From assembly GCA_051750065.1 (NCBI GenBank), contig JBNJJI010000006.1, forward strand, positions 137,146-201,145: 64,000 nucleotides of DNA. Direction: 5' to 3'. Below are positions 37,105-45,436 of the stretch, piece by piece. The position numbers were made by a program, and so were the translations under genes. This DNA comes from Bacillota bacterium (GTDB lineage: Bacteria; Bacillota; Bacilli; Bacillales; Bacillaceae_B). The stretch's first letter is position 1. Every line of letters begins with the position of its first letter. The notes beneath the pieces were generated by a model. The model ran no database searches, had not been told where the DNA came from, and saw only the letters and a program-made list of their open reading frames with translations.

Positions 37105-37161
37105 TTAACTAAAAAGAGAAGCGCCTTATCACATACTTAATAGAGTATCTAGCTGCAAAAA

Positions 37162-37500
37162 AATAAGGGGAGATTTTCCCGTTAATTGCAAATTCAAGCT
37201 CATTTCGGGAATGAATAGCGGGAGTTTTTACCCTTATATAAAGAAAAGGTATCTATTATATAGTGTTTTGAGTCAAATAAGGGGAATTTCTCCCTCTATT
37301 CAAGTCTGTTTCAGTGCTATTTAGTAAATAAGGGGATTTTTTCCCTCTATTTAATTGCGAAAGTAATGAACCTGCTGATAAATGTCACCGCTCACTGTTC
37401 AAGGCACTTGATTCAGATCTTTGAATTGTTTAGTTGAGAAAATACCTTAGCAAATCCCACATGCAAGAATTCTCAAAAAAAAGGGGGATTTCCTTTGATT
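37162..37500. repeat. Array of five AATAAGGGGA-N4-6-(T)CCC direct repeats
   Basis: Copies start at 37162, 37214 (degenerate), 37276, 37327 and about 37478. The first four are 51-62 bp apart. Confidence 0.65.
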
Positions 37501-37557
37501 CTCTTGAGAAATTTTGATGACTGGCGAGACCATGGTTACGTACCAACTGGAACTTAA

Positions 37558-37667
37558 CCCCGCAGGCACAGCCAAGGAGGCCAATCCAGCTCCAGCATCC
37601 CGTGGAGTCGTGCGCCTGAAGTGGAAATCCTTTTCTTTTCAACAGCCACAACCTTACGAAAAGACCC
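37558..37667. mobile_element. Truncated short-type MITE (reverse orientation) overlapping the 3' end of the ABC permease gene
   Basis: Reverse complement reads gggtcttttcgtaaggttgtggctgttgaaaagaaaaggatttccacttcaggcgcacgactcc...ctgcgggg. The TIR covers the last codons and stop of the 37654-38427 CDS. Confidence 0.65.
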
Positions 37668-38427
37668 TTTTGAAAAACAGGGGTGCCGACGCCATCAGAA
37701 TGAACATGATGCTGGCAGAAATGATTAACGTTATAGTTAAATCAAAGGACCAATTTTCTTTTACAAGGATCTCTGTTACGTAGAATGTTATCTGAGAAGG
37801 CATCCATTTTAATTGATTTGCAAGCATGCTTGAGAGAAATGTCATAAAAAGTGTTGTACTTAATGTCAAGAAGGCTGCCATACCCGGGGATGATGTCAGG
37901 CTGCTGAAGAAAATTGTCAACGTTACAATAAATGACAGCCAAAATCCGTACGCCAACATTGATTGAAAGAAATCGGCTGCTGTAATGCCATCAAATAATA
38001 AATTGATATAATACCAGCCTGAAGCCATTCCTATAAGATAGGAAACCGAGACAATGATCATTGCTGCAAACCATTTTGACAGAATGTAACCGGTATAGGA
38101 AACGGGTTTCACCAGCACAAGAGTGGCGCTTCCATTCTTTCTTTCTCCCGCCACAGTCCCCATAAAGCCCAGAACTATGACCAGAGCTCCCAGTGTGCTG
38201 TATTGGCCGATTACAGACAGAAGTATCTCTTGTGATGAAGGGGGCGGTATTTCAATGACTGCTCCTTCCGGAAGGTTTCCAACCGCATCCAAAATATCAG
38301 GCATATAATAAGCTGTCAGAGGCTCGGTTATCCCTAATAAAATGAAGACAAGCGGCATCCATATCCATTTGAAGTTCCTCTTAGATTCAAGCAATTCTTT
38401 CCTGAGTAGTACGGAAAATTGTTTCAT
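37654..38427 (-). CDS. ABC-2-type transporter permease
   Basis: 257 aa with six TMs, translationally coupled to the upstream ATPase. Confidence 0.85.
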   Translation of the reverse strand: MKQFSVLLRKELLESKRNFKWIWMPLVFILLGITEPLTAYYMPDILDAVGNLPEGAVIEIPPPSSQEILLSVIGQYSTLGALVIVLGFMGTVAGERKNGSATLVLVKPVSYTGYILSKWFAAMIIVSVSYLIGMASGWYYINLLFDGITAADFFQSMLAYGFWLSFIVTLTIFFSSLTSSPGMAAFLTLSTTLFMTFLSSMLANQLKWMPSQITFYVTEILVKENWSFDLTITLIISASIMFILMASAPLFFKRVFS

Positions 38428-39332
38428 TATTTCACAACCTTCATAAATATATCTTCAAGGCTGCTCTCGCTGGATTCCATTTTCGTGAGGGGCATTGTCT
38501 GATGTACGGCAGCTTTAAGCACTTCATTTCTTGCTTTAGTCATATTTGAGACTTGAAGCCTGACAGTATTGCCATTGATTGAGTGATCCAGGATAAATTG
38601 GCTTCCAATAAAATGCTTGATAAATTGATCAGCTGTGCTATCGAATTGCAACGTCAACACTGCCTCTTTATATTTATCTTTAATTTCCTTTAAAGTTCCG
38701 CTCTCTACTAATTCTCCATGATGCAGAAACAGGACGTTATCACAGATTTGTTCAGCATCATTTAAGATATGAGTTGAAAAAAGAATGGTCGTTTCCTTTT
38801 TCAATGCCTCCATCAACTCCAGGACTTCCCTTCTGCCAAAAGGGTCGAGTGCAGATACTGGTTCATCAAGCATGAGTAATTTTGGTTTATGGACTAAAGC
38901 CTGCGCTATGCCCAGCCTTTGCTTCATGCCTCCAGAAAATTCACCAATTTTCCGCCCCTTTGCTTCTGTGAGGCCGACAAGGTCAAGAAGGTCCCCGGTG
39001 CGTTCACGGGCTTCCTTCTTGTTGATACCGGCAATTTCACCAGAAAATATCATATACTCCTCCCCGGACATCCACTCAAAGAAGGTTGGATACTGCGGCA
39101 GATAGCCGATTAATGGCCGTAAATCCCTGGTGTTGGGCAGAATGTCTGAGTGCACACTCCCCGAACTGGGAGTTATGAGGCCGGCAAGCATTTGAATGGT
39201 TGTCGTTTTTCCTGCTCCATTCGGTCCAAGGAGGGCTGTGCACTTTCCTTTTTCCAATTGAAAGGTCACCCTATTGACTGCCAGCTTCTCCTTATATTCT
39301 TTTTTCAATTCTTTAACGGAGAGCACATTCAT
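38427..39332 (-). CDS. ABC transporter ATP-binding protein
   Basis: Walker A GPNGAGKT, signature SGGMKQR, Walker B LLMLDEP. Start at ATG 39332 forms an ATGA overlap with the upstream gene. Confidence 0.92.
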   Translation of the reverse strand: MNVLSVKELKKEYKEKLAVNRVTFQLEKGKCTALLGPNGAGKTTTIQMLAGLITPSSGSVHSDILPNTRDLRPLIGYLPQYPTFFEWMSGEEYMIFSGEIAGINKKEARERTGDLLDLVGLTEAKGRKIGEFSGGMKQRLGIAQALVHKPKLLMLDEPVSALDPFGRREVLELMEALKKETTILFSTHILNDAEQICDNVLFLHHGELVESGTLKEIKDKYKEAVLTLQFDSTADQFIKHFIGSQFILDHSINGNTVRLQVSNMTKARNEVLKAAVHQTMPLTKMESSESSLEDIFMKVVK

Positions 39333-39544
39333 CCATTTTGTCTCCTTCCAACGACAAAGTAGAGAATAGGTCCGATTATGTTGATGAATAGAATGATCAA
39401 TACCCAGAGCCACTTTGGGCCGTTTGTCTCCTTGGTCTTTATTAGGTCAGCCAGGGCCGTTACCATTAAAATGAGCTGGATAATCAGTAAAGGAGCTATC
39501 AGCCCCCAGTTGATTGATTCTATAACCTGTTGTAGTTCTGTCAT
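39329..39544 (-). CDS. PLD-nuclease-N-terminal-domain (PLDc_N) small membrane protein
   Basis: 71 aa with two TMs and the C-terminal ILYFVVGRR motif. This is the usual first gene of such ABC-2 operons. Confidence 0.8.
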   Translation of the reverse strand: MTELQQVIESINWGLIAPLLIIQLILMVTALADLIKTKETNGPKWLWVLIILFINIIGPILYFVVGRRQNG

Positions 39545-39666
39545 CAGAACTCCTCCTTCTTATTGGTTTCTCGATGATAATACGAAGAAGAAGGAAAATC
39601 GTTCAAAAAATATAAGATAATTAGTTATTTTTTTATGGTGAGTTGAGTTAGTTTCGTCTTATAGAA

Positions 39667-39842
39667 AGCTATTCTCGTATAGAATGTAGCTTTCGGAAAA
39701 ATCCCAAGAGCCAGTTGTCTCCAGTATACTTAGGCTTTTCTCTATAAAGGGGATTACAGCTCTTTTTTCCTGATAGACACCACTTTAAATGGAGTATTTT
39801 GAAAGCCCGCTTTGAATAACATCAAAGTTTACGAAAAAAGCC
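39667..39842. mobile_element. 176-bp MITE (long type, diverged)
   Basis: Ends are agctattctcgtatag... and ...gtttacgaaaaaagcc. Flanked by TTATAGAA (39659-39666) and TAATAGAA (39843-39850), a 7/8 match. Confidence 0.75.
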
Positions 39843-39848
39843 TAATAG

Positions 39849-39883
39849 AAAAGCCGTCTGCACATTTGAGCAGACGGCTTTTC
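39849..39883 (-). terminator. Intrinsic terminator of the DUF4870-like gene
   Basis: Stem aagccgtctgc/gcagacggctt with a T-run on the minus strand. Confidence 0.7.
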
Positions 39884-39939
39884 TTCCTTGCGTTAAAGCG
39901 CTAAGAGGAATTGCCCCTTTCACACTTAAAGGTAAAAAG
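39884..39939. repeat. Diverged copy of the 59-nt palindromic element
   Basis: cttccttgcgttaaagcgctaagaggaattgcccctttcacacttaaaggtaaaaag aligns along its length with 40372-40430. Confidence 0.55.
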
Positions 39940-39956
39940 CTGGTAAATCATTTTCC

Positions 39957-40280
39957 TTATAATATCCGGAAAATGGCTGGAATGCGGTAGTACTCTCCTT
40001 CGTATGCCTTGATGGCTCCAAGGATTGTAAAGATGAAGGCAAGCAGCCCGACAATCGGTGCCAGAACAAACCCGATCAGAACAAACATCAATAAAGAACT
40101 GATAAGTCCATAGATGAAATAGGAAATAAGAAAATTCATATATTCTCTTCCATGATAGTCAATATACTTTGATTCATCTTTTTTGATGAGCCAGATTACC
40201 AGCGGTCCGATAAAAGCTGTAAAGAAGCTGATAATGTAGATAAATGCGGCTAATAATCTTTCTTCTTTTGTTGATTCCAA
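39957..40280 (-). CDS. DUF4870-like small membrane protein
   Basis: 107 aa with three TMs and the YIDYHGREYMNFLIS motif typical of the family. Confidence 0.78.
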   Translation of the reverse strand: MESTKEERLLAAFIYIISFFTAFIGPLVIWLIKKDESKYIDYHGREYMNFLISYFIYGLISSLLMFVLIGFVLAPIVGLLAFIFTILGAIKAYEGEYYRIPAIFRIL

Positions 40281-40371
40281 CAGTATCCCTCCTATAAAAG
40301 CATTATCCTCTATTTAACTATACGCTGCAAAAATTGAAAAGTTTCAATTAATTTATGGAATGAGATATTTT

Positions 40372-40430
40372 CTTTACCGGTTTAAAGCGCGAAGAGGGAC
40401 TTTCCCTCTTCGCGCTTTAAACCGGTAAAG
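40372..40430. repeat. Perfect 28-bp-stem palindrome (59 nt)
   Basis: ctttaccggtttaaagcgcgaagaggga-ctt-tccctcttcgcgctttaaaccggtaaag, located in a divergent promoter region. Confidence 0.9.
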
Positions 40431-40497
40431 TTTAGGTCTTCTTCGGACTTTTGTGAATATATGTTAATAGAAACCTTGTCCAGGAAGGAGTATCATT

Positions 40498-41280
40498 ATG
40501 ATGTCAAAATTTGAAGCCTTGATATTGGGGATGATTCAAGGGCTTACTGAGTTTTTGCCCATCTCCAGTACAGGCCATCTTTATTTAGGGCGCAAAGTTT
40601 TCGGTCTTGAAGAAGCGGGTCTTTTTCTTGATACAATGCTTCATCTCGGTACTCTCCTCGCAGTACTTGTTGTCTACCAGAAGGAACTGCTTCATATGAT
40701 CCGCCACCCTTTCAGCAAGCTGAGCTTCATTCTAGTCATCGGAACGATACCTGCTGTTATCATTGGATTTTCATTTGAAGATTATTTCGACAGAATCTCG
40801 ACAACAGGAAGTACAATTGGGTGGGAATTTCTTATCACCGGGCTAATCATGTATATTGCAGATGGAGTCAAAGATGGTTACAAAAAGCTTGAGGATCTTA
40901 CTTATACGGATGCTTTTGTCATTGGCAGTTTCCAAGCTGCCGCCATTTTTCCAGCTCTTTCAAGATCAGGCTTGACGATAGCAGCTGGGTTATTCCGCAA
41001 ACTTGACCGCCAGACTGCTGCCTACTTTTCCTTCCTCCTTTCTACCCCTGCGATTTTAGGCGGATTGGTGATCAAAGGAAAAGATCTTTTCTCAGGTCAT
41101 GTAGAAGCTGTATCTCTCCCCGCTTTGATGGTTGGAACAGCTGCTTCCGCTGTTTTCGGCTATATTGCGATAGTAGCTATGATTAACTTTTTGAAAAACC
41201 GTTCACTGAAAATTTTCTCCTATTATGTATGGGGGCTCGGACTACTTATTTTAGTCCTCCAATGGGCAAAGGTTTTTTAA
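40498..41280 (+). CDS. uppP: Undecaprenyl-diphosphate phosphatase
   Basis: BacA/UppP signature GLTEFLPISSTGH. 260 aa, polytopic. Confidence 0.93.
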   Translation: MMSKFEALILGMIQGLTEFLPISSTGHLYLGRKVFGLEEAGLFLDTMLHLGTLLAVLVVYQKELLHMIRHPFSKLSFILVIGTIPAVIIGFSFEDYFDRISTTGSTIGWEFLITGLIMYIADGVKDGYKKLEDLTYTDAFVIGSFQAAAIFPALSRSGLTIAAGLFRKLDRQTAAYFSFLLSTPAILGGLVIKGKDLFSGHVEAVSLPALMVGTAASAVFGYIAIVAMINFLKNRSLKIFSYYVWGLGLLILVLQWAKVF

Positions 41281-41293
41281 AGGAGGTGGCTGT

Positions 41294-41896
41294 GTGGGTA
41301 AAGAATTCATACTGCAATTGCTTCAAACTCTTTCTGAATGGGGATATCTTGGGATTGCTCTCGGCCTAATGATTGAAGTTATTCCAAGTGAACTTGTATT
41401 AAGTTATGGAGGGTTCCTCGTTTCTGAAAACAAACTTCATTTCTTCGGTGCCCTTCTTGCAGGTGTCATAGGCGGTACACTGGCTCAACTATTTTTATAT
41501 TGGCTTGGACTTTATGGAGGAAGGCCCTTCTTTGAAAAATGGGGAAAATATCTCCTCATTAGCGACAAACATTTGCAGGCTTCAGAGGATTGGTTCAGCA
41601 GGTATGGAACCTTTGTAGTTTTTTCAGCGCGCTTTATCCCGGTAGTCCGCCATGCGATTTCCATTCCAGCTGGTATAGGCAAAATGAAGTTTTCATTGTT
41701 TTTAGTCTATACATTTGCGGCTATGATTCCATGGACGGTTCTATTTCTTCTAATAGGAATGGAATTAGGAGCGCACTGGGAACAAATTGAAACCATCGGA
41801 ATCCAATATATCAAGCCTATTGCCCTTATAGCCGGATCCGGGATAGCTCTGTATTTCGCAGCACAAAGTTGGAAACGCAGCAAAAAGAAAGATTAA
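41294..41896 (+). CDS. DedA-family membrane protein
   Basis: Classic DedA sequence (EVIPSELVLSYGGFL...RFIPVVRHAISIPAG). GTG start behind AGGAGGTGG. Confidence 0.88.
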   Translation: MGKEFILQLLQTLSEWGYLGIALGLMIEVIPSELVLSYGGFLVSENKLHFFGALLAGVIGGTLAQLFLYWLGLYGGRPFFEKWGKYLLISDKHLQASEDWFSRYGTFVVFSARFIPVVRHAISIPAGIGKMKFSLFLVYTFAAMIPWTVLFLLIGMELGAHWEQIETIGIQYIKPIALIAGSGIALYFAAQSWKRSKKKD

Positions 41897-41976
41897 GCTC
41901 CATTATTAATTAACTTTAGTATATTTATCTCTTTTTTTTAATATGGCTCTGTTAGTTAATGGTGTTGAACTTTAAA

Positions 41977-42068
41977 AGCTGTAGCCGCAAAGAGTTTGGC
42001 TGTTGAAAGGTAATGGATTCACGCTCAGACGCCCGGCCTTCTCGGCTTCATAAAAAGCGGAAACGGCC
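41977..42068. mobile_element. Degenerate short-type MITE
   Basis: agctgtagccgcaaagagtttggctgttgaaaggtaatggattcacgctcagacgcc...gcggaaacggcc. Confidence 0.4.
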
Positions 42069-42116
42069 TTTCAGCATAATTTTCGGGATACCAAATAAGT
42101 TAAAGGAAATGAAGCC

Positions 42117-43259
42117 ATGCAAAAACTCATCTTAAAAAATGCCAAATTATTCACCATCACTTCTGGTGTCATTTCTAAAGGACATGTCTGGATAGAGAAT
42201 GGAAAAATCACAAAGATTTCTACTCATTTGAACGAGGCGGTTTCAGGCGTGAAAACCATCGACTGCAAAGGAAAACCCCTTCTCCCTGGATTTATCGATG
42301 TCCATACCCACCTCGGCCTCTACGACGAAGGTACAGGCTGGGCAGGAAATGATGCCAATGAAACCATCGAGCCTATGACTCCACATATCCGCGCGTTCGA
42401 TGGTGTATATCCATTTGATCCAGGTTTTCAGGATGCGCTTAAATACGGTGTTACGACCGTCAATGTTATGCCAGGAAGCGCCAATGTCATCGGTGGGACT
42501 ACTGCGGTCATCAAGACATACGGCAAAAATATCGCATCTATGCTGGTACGCGAAACTTCCGGATTGAAACTTGCTCTCGGCGAGAATCCTAAGAGGATAC
42601 ACAGTAACGGAAACAAGGATTCTATTACCAGGATGGGAATTATGGGCATGCTGAGGGAAGCATTTTTTCATGCAAAATATTGCGACCAGCCAGAAGAGCT
42701 GAGGGTTGCTCCTCTTGTTAAAGCATTAAAAAAAGAGATACCAGTACGGATACACGCTCATCGGGCTGATGATATCCTTTCGGCTGTTCGCTTTGCCAGT
42801 GAATTTGACTTGGACTTAAGGATTGAACATTGCACAGAAGGACATCTTATCGCGAAAGAGCTTCGGGATTTATCATTAAAAGTCTGTGTCGGCCCCACTT
42901 TTACCCGGCGCTCAAAAGTTGAACTGAAGAACAAGAGCTGGCTCGCTTATCAGGAGCTGTCGAATAATGGTGTGGAGGTGTCCATCACAACAGACCATCC
43001 ATATACCCCTGTTAAATATTTGAACATGTGCGCAGCAATCGCGGTTAGAGAGGGATGGAACCCTGAAAAAGCACTCGAAGGAATCACCATTAACCCCGCA
43101 AAAAACCTTGGAATAGACCACAGGCTCGGGAGTATAGAAATAGGAAAAGATGCTGACCTCGTGCTATGGAGCGAGCATCCTTTTCAATTTATGGCCAAGC
43201 CTTTGATGACCTTAGTTAACGGAGAAATCGCTTTCAATAACTTTGTAGAAAATTGGTGA
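42117..43259 (+). CDS. Metal-dependent amidohydrolase (imidazolonepropionase-like superfamily)
   Basis: N-terminal DVHTHLG metal motif and C-terminal GSIEIGKDADLV motif. 380 aa. Confidence 0.88.
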   Translation: MQKLILKNAKLFTITSGVISKGHVWIENGKITKISTHLNEAVSGVKTIDCKGKPLLPGFIDVHTHLGLYDEGTGWAGNDANETIEPMTPHIRAFDGVYPFDPGFQDALKYGVTTVNVMPGSANVIGGTTAVIKTYGKNIASMLVRETSGLKLALGENPKRIHSNGNKDSITRMGIMGMLREAFFHAKYCDQPEELRVAPLVKALKKEIPVRIHAHRADDILSAVRFASEFDLDLRIEHCTEGHLIAKELRDLSLKVCVGPTFTRRSKVELKNKSWLAYQELSNNGVEVSITTDHPYTPVKYLNMCAAIAVREGWNPEKALEGITINPAKNLGIDHRLGSIEIGKDADLVLWSEHPFQFMAKPLMTLVNGEIAFNNFVENW

Positions 43260-43410
43260 ATTTTTTCATAAAAAATTAACGAAATACCTATTTCTTTTTT
43301 AGATTTTTTTTAGTATGATACGAAAAGATGATATATTCCATTATATTGTTCACTAGCCGGGCAATTGGATATATGGCTTATGGTAATGGAGGGAAGGCAA
43401 ATGGTGCGCC

Positions 43411-43530
43411 ACCAGTTTCTTAACTGGTCTTAGTGGGTTCGATTCCCACCCCGAAATTTTTTATGCGGTTCATGAAAAATTTCGAGGGTGGAGTCTTTCT
43501 TTACACTTAAAGACTGCCCTCACGGAGGGA
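43411..43530 (+). promoter_or_regulatory. Candidate structured leader with a tRNA T-arm-like hairpin and mutually exclusive helices ending at the RBS
   Basis: Helices: accagt/actggt (43411-43428), GTGGG-TTCGATT-CCCAC (43433-43449), 16-bp ccaccccgaaattttt/aaaaatttcgagggtgg (43446-43491), agtcttt/aaagact (43492-43515). ccctcac lies next to the RBS GGAGGG (43524-43529). Confidence 0.35.
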
Positions 43531-43535
43531 TATAA

Positions 43536-44087
43536 ATGATTAAGAAACGCGAACTGCAGGACTGTCACGTTCTGTTCGATTTGATGGTGCACCCGGAGGT
43601 CTTCCCTTTTGTGCGACAAAAAGCAAACTCCTATGAAGAGTTTCTCTTTTTGTCTAAAAGCACGATAGAAGCCGAAGAGCGCGGAGAATTAATATCACGC
43701 ACAATTGTTGATGAATGGGGAAGCCCAATTGGTACAATCAACCTGTTTGACATTGAAAACGGAGCCGGCTTCCTTGGCACCTGGATCGGCAAGCCGTTTC
43801 ACGGTAAAGGGTATAACAAGCCGGCGAAGGATGCTTTCTTCCAAGAACTCTTCTATGAGCTTGGAATGGAAACAGTATTCATGAGAATCCGAAAAGTGAA
43901 TATTCGATCTCAAAAAGCAGCAGAAAAACTACCTTATGTGATCAAGTCAAATGAATTGAGGCCTTCCATCTATCAGCAGCTGAATGCAGATGGAGATATT
44001 TATGATCTTTATGAAATTCCTAAAGACCTATATACAATGCACCTCTACAGCACTCCTCAAGAAGAAGAGCAGGCATTGGAAGCGTAA
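43536..44087 (+). CDS. GNAT-family (RimJ/RimL-like) N-acetyltransferase
   Basis: 183 aa with motif A region HGKGYNKPA. Confidence 0.82.
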   Translation: MIKKRELQDCHVLFDLMVHPEVFPFVRQKANSYEEFLFLSKSTIEAEERGELISRTIVDEWGSPIGTINLFDIENGAGFLGTWIGKPFHGKGYNKPAKDAFFQELFYELGMETVFMRIRKVNIRSQKAAEKLPYVIKSNELRPSIYQQLNADGDIYDLYEIPKDLYTMHLYSTPQEEEQALEA

Positions 44088-44365
44088 GATAGCTCTGGTA
44101 CCCTTTAATTGGGAACAGAGCTTTTTTAAATTGGCAGTTCGATAAAAGATAAGTAATGAGTCCTCTATTTCTGAAAGTTCACGCCTAAAGAAATGCACTC
44201 TGACTTTTCCGATTCCCAAAATCCGGTATTTCTTACTATCAAATACACCCCTTGACTACACCGTTTCCTGAAAACATACACTCCTCGATTCACGAACAAA
44301 CTAAAAAAGCCTTCTCTTAAAAAGAAGAGGCTGATACAAATAGTACCAGCCTCTCTCTTATAAAA

Positions 44366-45436
44366 TTATTTTGATAGACGTGATAGCTCATTGAACATAT
44401 CTTCAATCGTAAAGGAAGATTTGTTTTTTTCCATTGCGGTGATCATTTCATCACTGCTTTGTACCAGTTCATCAAGCTTTTGCTTAAAGGATTGAGGGTT
44501 CAGTTCCTCCTCTTCCAGCTTTAAGGCGATTCCCTGTTTCACAAATGAATCTGCATTGATAATTTGATCTCCTCTGCTCGCTTCTCTTGAAAGTGGAATC
44601 AGCAGCATCGGAATTTTAAGGGCAAGAAATTCAAAGATAGAATTAGATCCGGCTCGTGAAATTACATAGTCCGTCATATCAAGGAAATGCGGCAGCTCTG
44701 AGGAAACATATTCATACTGCTTGTAGCCTTTTTGTTCTAGAGAAGAATCAAGGTTGCCTTTTCCACAAAGATGAACAATCTGATAATGCTTCAGCAGCTC
44801 ATCAAGGTTTTGGCGGACTGCTTCGTTTAACTTGCGGGCACCGAGGCTGCCACCCATGATCATAAGAACAGGTTTGTCATCATAAAACCCAGTCAGCCTC
44901 TTCCCTTCCGCTTTGTCACCTGAAAATAATTCTTCCCTGATAATTGCTCCGGCACATAGAGATTTGTCTGACGGTAAACTGTTCAGCGTCTCCGGGAAAG
45001 TCGTGAAGATTTTCGTCGCAAATGGGACAGCCAGTTTATTTGCCAGACCAGGAGTGAAGTCCGACTCATGGATAGCCGTAGGTATTCCAGAAATCTTCGC
45101 CGCCATGACGACCGGGACAGAAACAAAGCCTCCTTTAGAAAAAATTACATCTGGCTTGGTTTTCTTTATGACTGCCTTCGCTTCCATAAGACCTTTCATC
45201 ACTCTGAAAGGATCAGAGAAATTCTTCCAGGAAAAATACCTGCGTAATTTCCCGCTGGAAATACCATGATACGGAATTTCAGGAAACTGTTCTGATATGA
45301 TTTCATTTTCGATTCCATCCCTTGAACCTATGTAGGAAACCTTCCATCCCTGTTTTATGAAAAAAGGGATAAGGGCCGCGTTGACTGTTACATGGCCGGC
45401 AGATCCGCCGCCGGTAAAAAGTATATGTTTGCTCAT
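44366..45436 (-). CDS. murG: MurG-type GT28 glycosyltransferase (lipid II synthase paralog)
   Basis: N-terminal FTGGGSAGHV G-loop with a GT28 N- plus C-domain layout. Start at ATG 45436 behind AGGAG. Not in a dcw cluster, so probably a paralog. Confidence 0.8.
   Translation of the reverse strand: MSKHILFTGGGSAGHVTVNAALIPFFIKQGWKVSYIGSRDGIENEIISEQFPEIPYHGISSGKLRRYFSWKNFSDPFRVMKGLMEAKAVIKKTKPDVIFSKGGFVSVPVVMAAKISGIPTAIHESDFTPGLANKLAVPFATKIFTTFPETLNSLPSDKSLCAGAIIREELFSGDKAEGKRLTGFYDDKPVLMIMGGSLGARKLNEAVRQNLDELLKHYQIVHLCGKGNLDSSLEQKGYKQYEYVSSELPHFLDMTDYVISRAGSNSIFEFLALKIPMLLIPLSREASRGDQIINADSFVKQGIALKLEEEELNPQSFKQKLDELVQSSDEMITAMEKNKSSFTIEDMFNELSRLSK

Noticed and set aside
43397-43456. tRNA gene (T-arm GTGGGTTCGATTCCCAC, anticodon-like loop with CTT)
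   Set aside because: There is no acceptor stem complementarity and no proper D-arm. The anticodon-like loop is 6 or 8 nt rather than 7. I treated it as a tRNA-like leader element or att relic.
44028-44219. 63-aa minus-strand ORF downstream of the GNAT gene
   Set aside because: It overlaps the GNAT 3' end in antisense, has no RBS and has low-complexity composition.
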